A stretch of 64,000 nucleotides of DNA from an uncultured Clostridium sp. (GCA_900555615.1 USMB01000001.1:470-64469); one strand, 5' to 3'; shown: positions 21,238-31,283, numbered from the stretch's first letter. The notes: generated by a model not told the origin, from the letters alone. Numbers and translations are program-made.

Positions 21238-21312
21238 GGCCCGTTGGTCAAGCGGTTAAGACGCCACCCTCTCAAGGTGGAATCATGAGTTCGATTCTCG
21301 TACGGGTCACCA
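21238..21312 (+). tRNA. tRNA-Glu (anticodon CUC), CCA encoded
   Basis: Hand-folded cloverleaf: acceptor GGCCCGT/ACGGGTC, anticodon stem CCACC/GGTGG, loop CTCTCAA, T-loop TTCGATT; backbone nearly identical to Bacillus tRNA-Glu. Confidence 0.9.
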
Positions 21313-21321
21313 TATATGTAA

Positions 21322-21424
21322 CCTTAAAGGGGAGTAGTTTTAAATTGTTAATCAACAGTCGCGATTTTTTAGAAAATCTGGTTAACAAGCTTTGGATATA
21401 ATAAGTAAACGAGACTTTTAAAGA
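21322..21424 (+). promoter_or_regulatory. yybP-ykoY (Mn2+) riboswitch aptamer
   Basis: Hallmark AAAGGGGAGTAG at 21326-21337, 3' ACGAGAC-TTTTAAAG closing P1, internal helices GTTAATCAACAG/CTGGTTAAC and GATTTT/AAAATC; an A/U-rich hairpin plus T-run (21421-21458) follows as the probable expression platform. Confidence 0.8.
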
Positions 21425-21519
21425 AAAAATTGAACCTTTTTTCTTTAGAAGTTTTTTTGTTATTAGAAAGTTACATAATATAAGGTTACACACAATGGAC
21501 AATCTATAATGAAAGGAAG

Positions 21520-24243
21520 ATGCAAATGGGAAAACAGTGGTTTAACAAAACTGTAGAGGAAGTTGAAAAAGAGCTTGGAACAAACAAAGAAAACGGATTA
21601 AGCTCAAAAAAAGTAGAAGAAAATAGAGCTAAATATGGACTAAATGAATTAAAAGAAAAAAAGAAAGAATCATTAATTCAAAAATTTATTGATCAATTTA
21701 AAGATTTTTCAATAATAGTATTGATAATTGCAGCAATTGTTTCTGGAGTAGTTGGAGTAATGCAAGGAGAAGGATTTACAGACACAATAATAATATTAAT
21801 AGTAGTATTATTAAATGCTGTAATAGGAGTTGCACAAGAAAGTAAAGCAGAAAAATCATTGGAAGCACTAAAAAAATTAAGTGCACATGCTGCGAAGGTA
21901 ATAAGAAATGGAAAAGAAACAGCAATTCCAGCAAGAGAATTAGTACCAGGAGATTTAGTTATAATAGAAACTGGTGATTATATATCAGCAGATTTAAGAG
22001 TAATAGAAGCTGTTAACTTAAAATCACAAGAAGCATCTCTTACAGGAGAATCAGTTCCAGTAGAAAAAAGAACAGATGCAATTCAAGAAACAGAAGTAGG
22101 GGTTGGAGATAGAAAAAATATGTTATTTTCATCAAGTTTAATAACATATGGTAGAGGTAAAGCTATTGTTGTAAAAACTGGTATGAATACTGAAGTTGGA
22201 AAAATAGCAGATATGATAAATCAAACAGAAGACCAAGAAACACCACTTCAAAAGAAATTAAATAGCTTAGGGAAAACACTTGGAATGGTAGCATTAACAA
22301 TATGTGCAGTAATATTTGTAATTGGGCTATTACAAGGAAAAGAAATTATCAATATGTTTATGACAGCTGTATCACTAGCAGTAGCAGTAATTCCAGAGGG
22401 ATTAGTTGCAGTATCAACAATTGTACTTGCAATAGGTGTACAAAAAATGGTAAAGAAAAATGCAATAGTAAAAAAATTACCAGCAGTAGAGACATTAGGA
22501 AGCAGTACAGTTATTTGTTCAGATAAAACAGGAACATTAACACAAAATAAAATGACAGTAGAAAAAGTATTTTGTAATGATACAACCTCAGATATTGAAA
22601 GAGCAGAAACAAATGAAGATTTTAGAAAATTAATATATGATTGTATGTTATGTAATGATTCAAGAGTATTGGAAAATGGAGAAATTGCAGGAGATCCAAC
22701 AGAAACTGCATTAGTAGATTTTGCTTTAAAGTTGGATTATCCAGTATCAATTATGAGAGAAAATCCAAGAGTTGCAGAAGTTCCATTTGATTCTAATAGA
22801 AAATTAATGTCAACAGTAAATGGAAAAGATGGAAAATATATAGTATATACAAAAGGTGGACTAGATGAAATTTTAAGAAAATGTGATTCTTATTTATATA
22901 AAGGAAGTGTAAGACACAATTTAAGTGATTATGCAGAATGGATTAGAACCAATAATGAACATATGGCAAATGAAGCTTTAAGAGTATTGGCATTTGCATA
23001 TAAAGAAATAGACCATGTACCATCAAAATATGAAATGGAAAATCTAGAAAATGGATTAACATTTATAGGAATGGTAGGAATGATAGACCCACCAAGAGAA
23101 GAAGCAAAAAAAGCAGTGGAAAAATGTAAACATGCTGGAATAAAAACAGTAATGATAACAGGTGACCATAAGGCTACAGCGGTTGCTATTGCTAAGAAAA
23201 TTGGAATATTAGAAAACGATAATGAAGCATTAACAGGATTGGAATTAGATAAAATATCTGACGAACAATTAGCAAAAGATGTTAGAAAATATTCAGTATA
23301 TGCAAGAGTTTCACCAGAACACAAAGTACGTATTGTAAAAGCATGGCAGAAAAATGGCGAAATAGTTGCAATGACAGGTGATGGAGTAAATGATAGCCCT
23401 GCATTAAAAACAGCAGACATTGGTTGTGCGATGGGTAAAGTGGGAACAGAAGTTGCCAAAGAAGCTGCAGATGTTATATTAACAGATGATAATTTTGCAA
23501 CAATAGTATCAGCAGTAGAAGAAGGAAGACGTATTTATGATAATATTTTAAAAGTAATTCAATTCTTACTTTCATGTAATGTTGGAGAAGTTATTGTATT
23601 ATTATTAGCAACATTATTTGCACCAACAATAGGAAGAGTGTTTGGAATATATGATATTTCAATGATACAAGTATTATTACCAATTCATATTTTATGGATT
23701 AATCTTGTAACAGATACATTTCCTGCACTTGCATTAGCATTTGATCCAGCTAATAAAGACATAATGGATAGAAAGCCAGTAAAGAAAGACGAAGGAATAT
23801 TCACAAAAGGTAGAACCTTTAGAATAGTATATCAAGGATTTATGATAGGATTACTTACACTTGCAGCATATTTAATTGGAATAGGTTCAACAAAAACAGC
23901 TATAGGAAATCTTACATTAGAAGAAACAAAAATAGAAGTTGGACAAACAATGGCATTTACAGTATTGGCATTTTCAGAATTAATTCATGTATTTAATATA
24001 CGTGATAATAAAAATTCAATATTTAAAACAGGTATATTAGGAAACAGTATTTTGATTTATGCTGTTGTTATATCAGCATTATTAATGGGAGTTATCTTAT
24101 TAATACCTCAATTAAGAGAAATATTTAGTATTCCAATTTTACCAGTTGGAAATATCATTGAAACCGTATTATTGATTATTGCACCAGTTGTTATAGTTGA
24201 ATTAATGAAGTTATTTAAAGTCAATACAGCAAAGGATGAGTAA
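21520..24243 (+). CDS. cation-transporting P-type ATPase (Ca2+/Mn2+, P2A/PMR1-like)
   Basis: DKTGTLT phosphorylation site, TGES, TGDGVNDSPALK hinge, 10-TM layout; the start may be the second ATG at 21526, which has better RBS spacing. Confidence 0.92.
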   Translation: MQMGKQWFNKTVEEVEKELGTNKENGLSSKKVEENRAKYGLNELKEKKKESLIQKFIDQFKDFSIIVLIIAAIVSGVVGVMQGEGFTDTIIILIVVLLNAVIGVAQESKAEKSLEALKKLSAHAAKVIRNGKETAIPARELVPGDLVIIETGDYISADLRVIEAVNLKSQEASLTGESVPVEKRTDAIQETEVGVGDRKNMLFSSSLITYGRGKAIVVKTGMNTEVGKIADMINQTEDQETPLQKKLNSLGKTLGMVALTICAVIFVIGLLQGKEIINMFMTAVSLAVAVIPEGLVAVSTIVLAIGVQKMVKKNAIVKKLPAVETLGSSTVICSDKTGTLTQNKMTVEKVFCNDTTSDIERAETNEDFRKLIYDCMLCNDSRVLENGEIAGDPTETALVDFALKLDYPVSIMRENPRVAEVPFDSNRKLMSTVNGKDGKYIVYTKGGLDEILRKCDSYLYKGSVRHNLSDYAEWIRTNNEHMANEALRVLAFAYKEIDHVPSKYEMENLENGLTFIGMVGMIDPPREEAKKAVEKCKHAGIKTVMITGDHKATAVAIAKKIGILENDNEALTGLELDKISDEQLAKDVRKYSVYARVSPEHKVRIVKAWQKNGEIVAMTGDGVNDSPALKTADIGCAMGKVGTEVAKEAADVILTDDNFATIVSAVEEGRRIYDNILKVIQFLLSCNVGEVIVLLLATLFAPTIGRVFGIYDISMIQVLLPIHILWINLVTDTFPALALAFDPANKDIMDRKPVKKDEGIFTKGRTFRIVYQGFMIGLLTLAAYLIGIGSTKTAIGNLTLEETKIEVGQTMAFTVLAFSELIHVFNIRDNKNSIFKTGILGNSILIYAVVISALLMGVILLIPQLREIFSIPILPVGNIIETVLLIIAPVVIVELMKLFKVNTAKDE

Positions 24244-24260
24244 ATATAAGGGGAATTAAA

Positions 24261-25121
24261 ATGGATAAAAAGCAAAAATACATATTATTCGCAATTTTAC
24301 TAGTACTTCTAGTAGTTGCGATGGTAGTTATTATAGTAAAAAATAGGACAGTTAGTGTAGCAAAAACTAGTGATGTAGATTATCATGCAGAAAACGAGCC
24401 TGTGGCACAAACAGGAGAGATTCCAGAAGAACCAAAAGAAGATGTTCAAGAGGAAGAAACAGAAAATGTGACTGATGAAACTGAAGTTGAGCCAGAAGAA
24501 AATGAAGGAACCAAAGTAACACCAGTTTCAAATGTTACAAATTCAAAACAAGGAATTTATTATATAAAAGTAAATTTAGAGCAAAATGTTGTTACAATTT
24601 ATTCAAAAGATGAAGATGGTGAATATACAATACCAGTAAGGGCAATGGTGTGTTCAACCGGAAAAGCAACACCAACAAGTGGAACATATACTATTCCTAA
24701 TAGAAAATGGGATAGATGGACTTGGGGCCAAATGGTTGGAAATGTATGGGCACAATATTATGTTAGAATAAAAGGAAGTATTTTATTCCACTCTGTGCCA
24801 TATACAAGTAAAGACAAGTCTACACTAGAATATTGGGAATATGATAAATTAGGAACTAAGGCATCAGCTGGATGTATACGTTTAACTGTACAAGATGCAA
24901 AATGGATATATGACAATTGCAAAGCTGGAAGCAAAGTTGAGTTTTATTCTGATCCAAATCCAGGACCTTTAGGAAAGCCAACTGCTCAAAAAATTTCTGA
25001 TGATGAAGAAGTAAGAGGTTGGGATCCAACAGATCCTGATAATGATAATCCTTGGATGGATTATACAAGACCAGCAAATAAAAATACAGTGCCAGCAGAA
25101 GAGTTGCCACCAATAGATTAA
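24261..25121 (+). CDS. L,D-transpeptidase (YkuD domain), membrane anchored
   Basis: N-terminal TM segment, acidic linker, catalytic HS...SAGCIRL motif. Confidence 0.88.
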   Translation: MDKKQKYILFAILLVLLVVAMVVIIVKNRTVSVAKTSDVDYHAENEPVAQTGEIPEEPKEDVQEEETENVTDETEVEPEENEGTKVTPVSNVTNSKQGIYYIKVNLEQNVVTIYSKDEDGEYTIPVRAMVCSTGKATPTSGTYTIPNRKWDRWTWGQMVGNVWAQYYVRIKGSILFHSVPYTSKDKSTLEYWEYDKLGTKASAGCIRLTVQDAKWIYDNCKAGSKVEFYSDPNPGPLGKPTAQKISDDEEVRGWDPTDPDNDNPWMDYTRPANKNTVPAEELPPID

Positions 25122-25210
25122 TGTGAAAATGCGAAAATGGGGTCGGTCCTTTTTTGAACATTGTTCAAAAAAGGACCGACCCCATTTTCACGTTTTCACA
25201 TTTTCGCATA
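25122..25210. repeat. palindromic intergenic element, longest copy
   Basis: 39-bp near-perfect arms 25122-25160 / 25162-25200 (TGTGAAAATGCGAAAATGGGGTCGGTCCTTTTTTGAACA) plus an extra TTTTCGC unit; starts at the base after the stop codon. Confidence 0.9.
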
Positions 25211-25296
25211 CATTACTTTTTATACTGACCTCCCAGTACAATCCTCAAACAAAAGAAAATGTGTTAAAATTTTAAAGACAAATGAGGAGGAAAGAA

Positions 25297-26889
25297 ATGG
25301 AGACAAATAAAATAACAGATTTAAAAGACATGCTAAAAAAATCAGGAGAAAAATATCCAGAAAAAATAGCATACAAAATAAGAATAGAACAAGGAAAATA
25401 TAAAGAGATAACACATAAACAAGTAAGAAATATGATAGATAGTTTAGGAACAGTATTAATAGATATGGGTCTAAAAGGCAAGCGAATAGGCGTTATTGGT
25501 GAAAATAGATATGAATGGGAAATAGCATATTTATCAATAGTATGTGGAACAGGAATAGTAGTGCCATTAGATAAATCTTTGCCAGAAAATGAATTAAGAA
25601 GTTTGATTGAACGTTCAGAAATAGAAGCGATTTTCTATACTAAAAAATATGAAGATAGTTTGAAAAAAATATTAGAAGAAAAAGTAGGAAAACTAAAATA
25701 CTTAATTTCTATGGAAAATGAAGAACAAGAATTAATAAAAAAAGGTGAGCAATTAATTAAACAAGGAAACAGAGAATTTATAGATGCAAAAATTGATAAT
25801 GAGAAGATGAACATTATGCTTTTTACGTCTGGAACAACATCAGCATCAAAGATAGTTGCATTATCACATAAGAACTTAGTATCAAATTTGATGGATATTT
25901 CATCAATATTAGATGTTAATTCAGATGATGTATTTTTATCATTTTTACCAATACATCATGTATTTGAATGTACTGTAGGATTTTTGTTTGCACTATATTC
26001 AGGAGCTCAAACAGTATTTTGCGATGGAATAAGACATATTATGGAAAATATGAACGAATATAAAGTATCTGTAATGGCATCTGTTCCAGCAATTTATGAA
26101 AGAATATACAAAATTATAAGCAAAAATAAAGAAAATGCTAAAGACTTGCTAGGTGGGCATGTAAAATTGCTAATAAGTGGTGCAGCAAGTCTAGATCCAA
26201 CAATTGAAAAAAATTATAGAGATTTAGGAATTAATTTGGTTCAAGGATATGGATTAACAGAAACATCACCTGTTATTGCAGTTGGTACAAATGCACATTA
26301 TAGAACAGGTTCAGTAGGAATTGCAGTCCCAAGTGTTGAAGCAAAAGTAATAAATTGTGATGAAACAGGAATGGGTGAATTGGTTGTAAAAGGTCCAAGC
26401 ATCATGTTAGGCTATTATGGAAATAAAGAAGAAACAGATAAGGTTTTAAAAGATGGATGGTTTAATACAGGTGATTTAGCAAGAATTGATAAAGATGGAT
26501 ACATATTTATATGTGGCAGAAAAAAGAGTGTTATAGTATTAAAAAATGGTAAAAATATTTTTCCAGAAGAAATGGAAAGTAGAATTAATAGAATTGATGG
26601 TGTAGAAGAATCATTTATTTTTGGGAAGCCAGTTTCAGAAGATAAAAATAATATAAAAATCTTTGCTAAAGTTGTATACAATCAAGAGTTGATGAAAGAT
26701 ATGTACAATGTTCAAGAAAGTGCAGATGTATACAAAATTATCAGTGAAAAAGTAAAAGAAATAAATCAAGAAATGCCAAGATATAAGGCTATAAAAGGTG
26801 TGATTGTAAGTGAAGAGCCACTTATAAAAACTACTACAAATAAAATAAAAAGACAAGATAATTTTAATCAAATTATGAGTCAATTATAG
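25297..26889 (+). CDS. AMP-dependent long-chain fatty acid--CoA (or ACP) ligase
   Basis: AMP-binding motifs FTSGTTSASK, GYGLTE, TGDLARIDKDGY; GAGGAGG RBS before the ATG at 25297. Confidence 0.85.
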   Translation: METNKITDLKDMLKKSGEKYPEKIAYKIRIEQGKYKEITHKQVRNMIDSLGTVLIDMGLKGKRIGVIGENRYEWEIAYLSIVCGTGIVVPLDKSLPENELRSLIERSEIEAIFYTKKYEDSLKKILEEKVGKLKYLISMENEEQELIKKGEQLIKQGNREFIDAKIDNEKMNIMLFTSGTTSASKIVALSHKNLVSNLMDISSILDVNSDDVFLSFLPIHHVFECTVGFLFALYSGAQTVFCDGIRHIMENMNEYKVSVMASVPAIYERIYKIISKNKENAKDLLGGHVKLLISGAASLDPTIEKNYRDLGINLVQGYGLTETSPVIAVGTNAHYRTGSVGIAVPSVEAKVINCDETGMGELVVKGPSIMLGYYGNKEETDKVLKDGWFNTGDLARIDKDGYIFICGRKKSVIVLKNGKNIFPEEMESRINRIDGVEESFIFGKPVSEDKNNIKIFAKVVYNQELMKDMYNVQESADVYKIISEKVKEINQEMPRYKAIKGVIVSEEPLIKTTTNKIKRQDNFNQIMSQL

Positions 26890-26902
26890 AAAGAGGAAAT
26901 CT

Positions 26903-27448
26903 ATGTACAAACAATATTTCTATCGCAAGATAGATTCAACACAGTTAGAAATTTGGAGAAGGATTGAAGCAAATAAAATAGACAATAAAACCGTTGTAAT
27001 TGCAGACATACAAACAAATGGAAAAGGTACACATGGGAGAAAATGGCATACAGATGAAGTTAATAATATTGCATTTTCTTTTTTTAGACAAATCAATTGT
27101 GAGATTGATAAATTAGATGGTTTAACTACTGAAATGGCACAAATTATATTAGATATTTTTAAAGAAATATATCAAATTAAACTTCAAATAAAATTACCAA
27201 ATGACATATTTTACAATGGAAAAAAAGTAGGTGGAATACTTTCAGAAACAAAAGTAAGTGGCAATATTGTGAAATATATTGTTGTTGGAATAGGAATAAA
27301 TACATGTCAAACTGAGTTTACTGCAGAAATAAAAAATATTGCGACATCAATAAAAAATGAATTTGGAATTGATGTGGATAGAATGAAAATCATAGAAGAA
27401 TTTTGTAATAGATTTGAAAAAAGAATATCGGGAAGGATTGATAAATAG
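26903..27448 (+). CDS. biotin--protein ligase catalytic domain protein (short, no HTH, no C-terminal domain)
   Basis: IDSTQ and GKGTHGRKW match the BirA DSTN and GRGRxGRxW motifs; only 181 aa. Confidence 0.75.
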   Translation: MYKQYFYRKIDSTQLEIWRRIEANKIDNKTVVIADIQTNGKGTHGRKWHTDEVNNIAFSFFRQINCEIDKLDGLTTEMAQIILDIFKEIYQIKLQIKLPNDIFYNGKKVGGILSETKVSGNIVKYIVVGIGINTCQTEFTAEIKNIATSIKNEFGIDVDRMKIIEEFCNRFEKRISGRIDK

Positions 27449-28390
27449 ATGAAAATAGGATACTTATTTCCAGGTCAAGGTGCACAAAGTCTAGGAATGG
27501 GAAAAGATATATATGAAAAATATGATGTGGCAAATGAGGTTTATAGAAAAGTTCAAGAATTGACAGGAATAGATGTTGCTAAAATAACATTTGAAAATGA
27601 AGAATTGCTAAATCAAACACAATATACACAAATTTGTATTTTAACAATGAGTTTAGCAATTTTAGAAATCTTAAAACAGAATGGGATACAAGCAGAAGTT
27701 GCAAGCGGCTTAAGCTTAGGAGAATATACAGCTTTAATAAATAGTGAAGCACTAAATTTTGAAGATGGTATAAAATTAGTAAAAAAACGTGGTGAATATA
27801 TGCAAAAACTAGTTCCAGAAGGTGAATGGCTAATGGCTGCAGTACTTGGTATGGAAGAAGAAAAGGTTATTGAAGTATGCAAATTAGCAAATGAAAAATC
27901 AGCAGAAAATTTTGTGGTTCCAGTAAACTTTAATTGTCCAGGTCAAATTGTAATATCAGGAAATAAGGCTGGTGTTGAAACAGCAGAAGTTATTGCTAAA
28001 GAGCAAGGTGCAAGAAAAGTTAGAGAACTAAAAACATCAGGACCATTCCACACAGAAAAATTAAAAGAAGCATCAGAAGCATTGAAAAAAGAGTTGGGAA
28101 AAGTAGAATTTAATAAATTTAATAATACAGTTATAAAAAATATAGATGGCACAGAATATAAGGAAACAGATGATATTAGAGATATATTAGCAAAACATAT
28201 AATAAGTCCTGTTAAATTTACAGCAGTGCTTCAAAAGATGTTAGACATGGGGGTTGATACTTTTGTTGAAGTTGGACCAGGAAAAACATTGTCAGGATTT
28301 ATAAAGAAAATGCCAACAGAGAAAGAGATAAAAATTTTAAACATCAATAATTGTGAAACTTTAGAAAATGTTTTAAAGGAGGTAAAATAA
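27449..28390 (+). CDS. fabD: malonyl CoA-ACP transacylase
   Basis: FPGQGAQ and GLSLGEY active-site motifs. Confidence 0.95.
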   Translation: MKIGYLFPGQGAQSLGMGKDIYEKYDVANEVYRKVQELTGIDVAKITFENEELLNQTQYTQICILTMSLAILEILKQNGIQAEVASGLSLGEYTALINSEALNFEDGIKLVKKRGEYMQKLVPEGEWLMAAVLGMEEEKVIEVCKLANEKSAENFVVPVNFNCPGQIVISGNKAGVETAEVIAKEQGARKVRELKTSGPFHTEKLKEASEALKKELGKVEFNKFNNTVIKNIDGTEYKETDDIRDILAKHIISPVKFTAVLQKMLDMGVDTFVEVGPGKTLSGFIKKMPTEKEIKILNINNCETLENVLKEVK

Positions 28391-29122
28391 ATGGATAAGG
28401 TAGCAATGATAACTGGTGCAACTAGAGGAATTGGAAAACAAATTGCTTTAACATTAGCAAATGAAGGTTATAATATCGTATTAAATTATAGAACTGAAAA
28501 TGATGAGCTAAAACAATTGAAAAATGAAATTGAAAGCAAAAATGTAAAATGCTTAGCAGTTCAAGGTGATGTAACAAATTTTGAAGATTGCAAGCAAATG
28601 ATAGAAAGTGCAATTAAGGAATTTGGAAAAATTGATGTATTAGTAAATAATGCGGGAATTACTAAAGATATGTTACTTGCAAGAATGAAAGAAGAAGATT
28701 TTAAACAAGTAATAGATGTTAATTTAGTTGGAACATTTAATATGACTAAAAACGTAATTTCATATATGATGAAAGCAAGAAATGGAAAAATTATAAATAT
28801 TTCATCAGTTGTAGGAATTGCAGGTAATGCAGGTCAAACAAATTATTCTGCATCAAAAGCAGGAATAATTGGATTTACCAAAAGCTTGGCAAAAGAAGTT
28901 GCATCAAGAAATATTTTAGTAAATGCAGTAGCACCAGGATTTATAGAAACGAATATGACAGATGTATTAAAACAAGAAGTAAAAGACGAAATTGCTAAAA
29001 ATATTCCATTAAAAAGAATGGGAACACCTCAAGATGTAGCAAATGTAGTAAAATTTTTAGCTTCAGAAGATAGCTCATATATTACAGGGCAAGTTATTTC
29101 AGTTGATGGAGGAATGATTTAA
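28391..29122 (+). CDS. fabG: 3-oxoacyl-ACP reductase
   Basis: SDR TGATRGIG, NNAG, YSASK motifs; position in the fab operon. Confidence 0.93.
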   Translation: MDKVAMITGATRGIGKQIALTLANEGYNIVLNYRTENDELKQLKNEIESKNVKCLAVQGDVTNFEDCKQMIESAIKEFGKIDVLVNNAGITKDMLLARMKEEDFKQVIDVNLVGTFNMTKNVISYMMKARNGKIINISSVVGIAGNAGQTNYSASKAGIIGFTKSLAKEVASRNILVNAVAPGFIETNMTDVLKQEVKDEIAKNIPLKRMGTPQDVANVVKFLASEDSSYITGQVISVDGGMI

Positions 29123-30366
29123 TGAAAAAGAGAGTTGTAATAACAGGTTTAGGTGCAATAACACCAATAGGTAAAACAGCAAATGAGACTTGGAATGGAA
29201 TTAAAAATAAAAAATGTGGAGTTGATGAAATCAAATTATTTAATGCTGAGAATTTTAAAACTAAATTTGATGCAGAAGTAAAAGATTTTAATCCATTAGA
29301 TTATTTAGATATGAAACAAGCCAAAAGATTAGATAGAAGTTCACAGTTTGCAATTATTGCAGGAAGAGAAGCTTTAAAAGATAGTGGAATAACAACAGAA
29401 AATACAGATTTTAATAATGTAGGTGTTTTTGTAAGTTCTGGAATAGGTGGTCTAACTACAATTCAACAACAATGTGAAATCAATTATGAAAAAGGAAATA
29501 ATAGAGTATCTCCAATGTTTATACCAATGGGAATTGCTAATATGCCTGCTGGAAATGTTGCAATAGATTTAGGATTAAAAGGAGAATCAATTTCTATAGT
29601 TACAGCTTGTGCATCATCTACACATGCTATTGGAGAAGCTTTTAGAAATATACAAGATGGATATGAAGAAGTAATTTTGGCAGGTGGATGTGAAGCTGCT
29701 ATTTGTCAATCTGGTGTAGCAGGATTTGAGAATATGAAGGCATTAACACATGCAACTGAAAAAGATAGAGCAAGCATACCATTTGATAAAGAGAGAAGCG
29801 GATTTGTAATTGGTGAAGGTGCAGGAGTTGTAGTTTTAGAAGAATTAGAACATGCCAAAGCAAGAAATGCCAAAATATATGCAGAGCTTGTAGGATATGG
29901 TGCAACATCTGATGCATATCATATTACTTCACCAGCTCCAGATGGAGAAGGTGCTGCAAGAGCCATGGTAAGAGCAATGGAAAATGCAAACATAAAACCA
30001 GAAGATGTTGATTATATAAATGCTCATGGAACTTCAACACATTTAAATGATGTATGTGAAACACTAGCAATAAAAAAAGCATTAGGAGATGCAAGTAAAA
30101 AAGTTATGGTAAGCTCAACAAAAGGAAATACAGGACATTTACTAGGTGCTGCTGGTGCAGTTGAAGCTCTTATATGTGCAAAGGCTATAGAAGAACAATT
30201 AGTTCCGCCAACATTAAATTACAAAGTACCAGACGAAGAATGTGATTTGGATATTGTTCCAAATGAGTTAAGAAATGCAAATTTAAATGTTGTAATGTCA
30301 AATTCTTTGGGATTTGGAGGACATAATGCAAGTATCATATTAAAGAAATATGAGGAGGAAAAATAA
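29122..30366 (+). CDS. fabF: 3-oxoacyl-ACP synthase II
   Basis: Active-site TACASS, HGTST, GHLLGAAG motifs; 1-nt overlap with fabG (TAATG). Confidence 0.95.
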   Translation: MKKRVVITGLGAITPIGKTANETWNGIKNKKCGVDEIKLFNAENFKTKFDAEVKDFNPLDYLDMKQAKRLDRSSQFAIIAGREALKDSGITTENTDFNNVGVFVSSGIGGLTTIQQQCEINYEKGNNRVSPMFIPMGIANMPAGNVAIDLGLKGESISIVTACASSTHAIGEAFRNIQDGYEEVILAGGCEAAICQSGVAGFENMKALTHATEKDRASIPFDKERSGFVIGEGAGVVVLEELEHAKARNAKIYAELVGYGATSDAYHITSPAPDGEGAARAMVRAMENANIKPEDVDYINAHGTSTHLNDVCETLAIKKALGDASKKVMVSSTKGNTGHLLGAAGAVEALICAKAIEEQLVPPTLNYKVPDEECDLDIVPNELRNANLNVVMSNSLGFGGHNASIILKKYEEEK

Positions 30367-30816
30367 ATGGAGTATGACAAAATAAAACAATTGATGGAAG
30401 ATATGGGAAAATCTAATATAGAAGAATTGGAAATTGAGTTTCCTGAAGGAATGAAAATAAGCATGAAGAAGAATGTTGCTGTTGTGCCGGCTCAACAAGT
30501 GGTAGCTCAACAATCTACAAATATTCCTGTAGTTCAATCAATCCAAACTACTCAACCTGTACAGGAAGAGCCAAAAGAAGAATATAAAGAAATAAAATCT
30601 CCAATGGTTGGAACATTTTATTCAAAACCATCACCTGACAAAGAAGCGTTTGTAAAAGTAGGAGATAAAGTAAAAAAAGGTCAAGTGGTTTGCATTATAG
30701 AAGCAATGAAATTAATGAATGAAATAGAAGCAGAATTTGATGGAGAAGTAGTAGAAGTGTGTTTAAATGATGGCGAGGCAGTTGAATATGGAAAATCACT
30801 TTTTAAATTAAAATAG
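30367..30816 (+). CDS. accB: acetyl-CoA carboxylase biotin carboxyl carrier protein
   Basis: Biotinylation motif EAMKLMN near the C-terminus. Confidence 0.95.
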   Translation: MEYDKIKQLMEDMGKSNIEELEIEFPEGMKISMKKNVAVVPAQQVVAQQSTNIPVVQSIQTTQPVQEEPKEEYKEIKSPMVGTFYSKPSPDKEAFVKVGDKVKKGQVVCIIEAMKLMNEIEAEFDGEVVEVCLNDGEAVEYGKSLFKLK

Positions 30817-30825
30817 GAGAAAAAT

Positions 30826-31248
30826 ATGTTAGATAAAGAAGAAATAAAAAAAATAATTCCTCAGAGAGATCCATTTTTAATGATAGATGAGGTAGAACAA
30901 TTTGTGCCAGGAGAAAGTTGTACTGCTTATAAAAATGTAAGTGCAGATGAATATTATTTTAAAGGTCATTTTCCTGGAAATCCTATAATGCCTGGAGTGT
31001 TAATGGTAGAAGCATTAGCACAAACAGGAGCAGTAGCAATTCTGTCAATGGAAGAAAATAAAGGAAGAAATGCATTATTTGGCGGAATTAATAATTTGAA
31101 ATTCAAAAAGCAAGTTGTTCCAGGGGATAGATTAAAATTAGAGGTTAAGATAATTAAAAGAAAAGGACCAATAGGAATAGGAGAGGCAATTGCCACTGTT
31201 GATGGGAAAATTGCTGTTAAAGGTGAATTAACATTTGCCATAGTATAA
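30826..31248 (+). CDS. fabZ: 3-hydroxyacyl-ACP dehydratase
   Basis: Hot-dog fold motif HFPGNPIMPGVLMVEALAQ. Confidence 0.95.
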   Translation: MLDKEEIKKIIPQRDPFLMIDEVEQFVPGESCTAYKNVSADEYYFKGHFPGNPIMPGVLMVEALAQTGAVAILSMEENKGRNALFGGINNLKFKKQVVPGDRLKLEVKIIKRKGPIGIGEAIATVDGKIAVKGELTFAIV

Positions 31249-31283
31249 TGGCATTTTGGAGCTTATAGGAAAGGAAAAGAAAG

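Noticed and set aside
21272-21502. 76-aa minus-strand ORF
   Set aside because: It overlaps the tRNA-Glu 3' half and the Mn riboswitch on the opposite strand.
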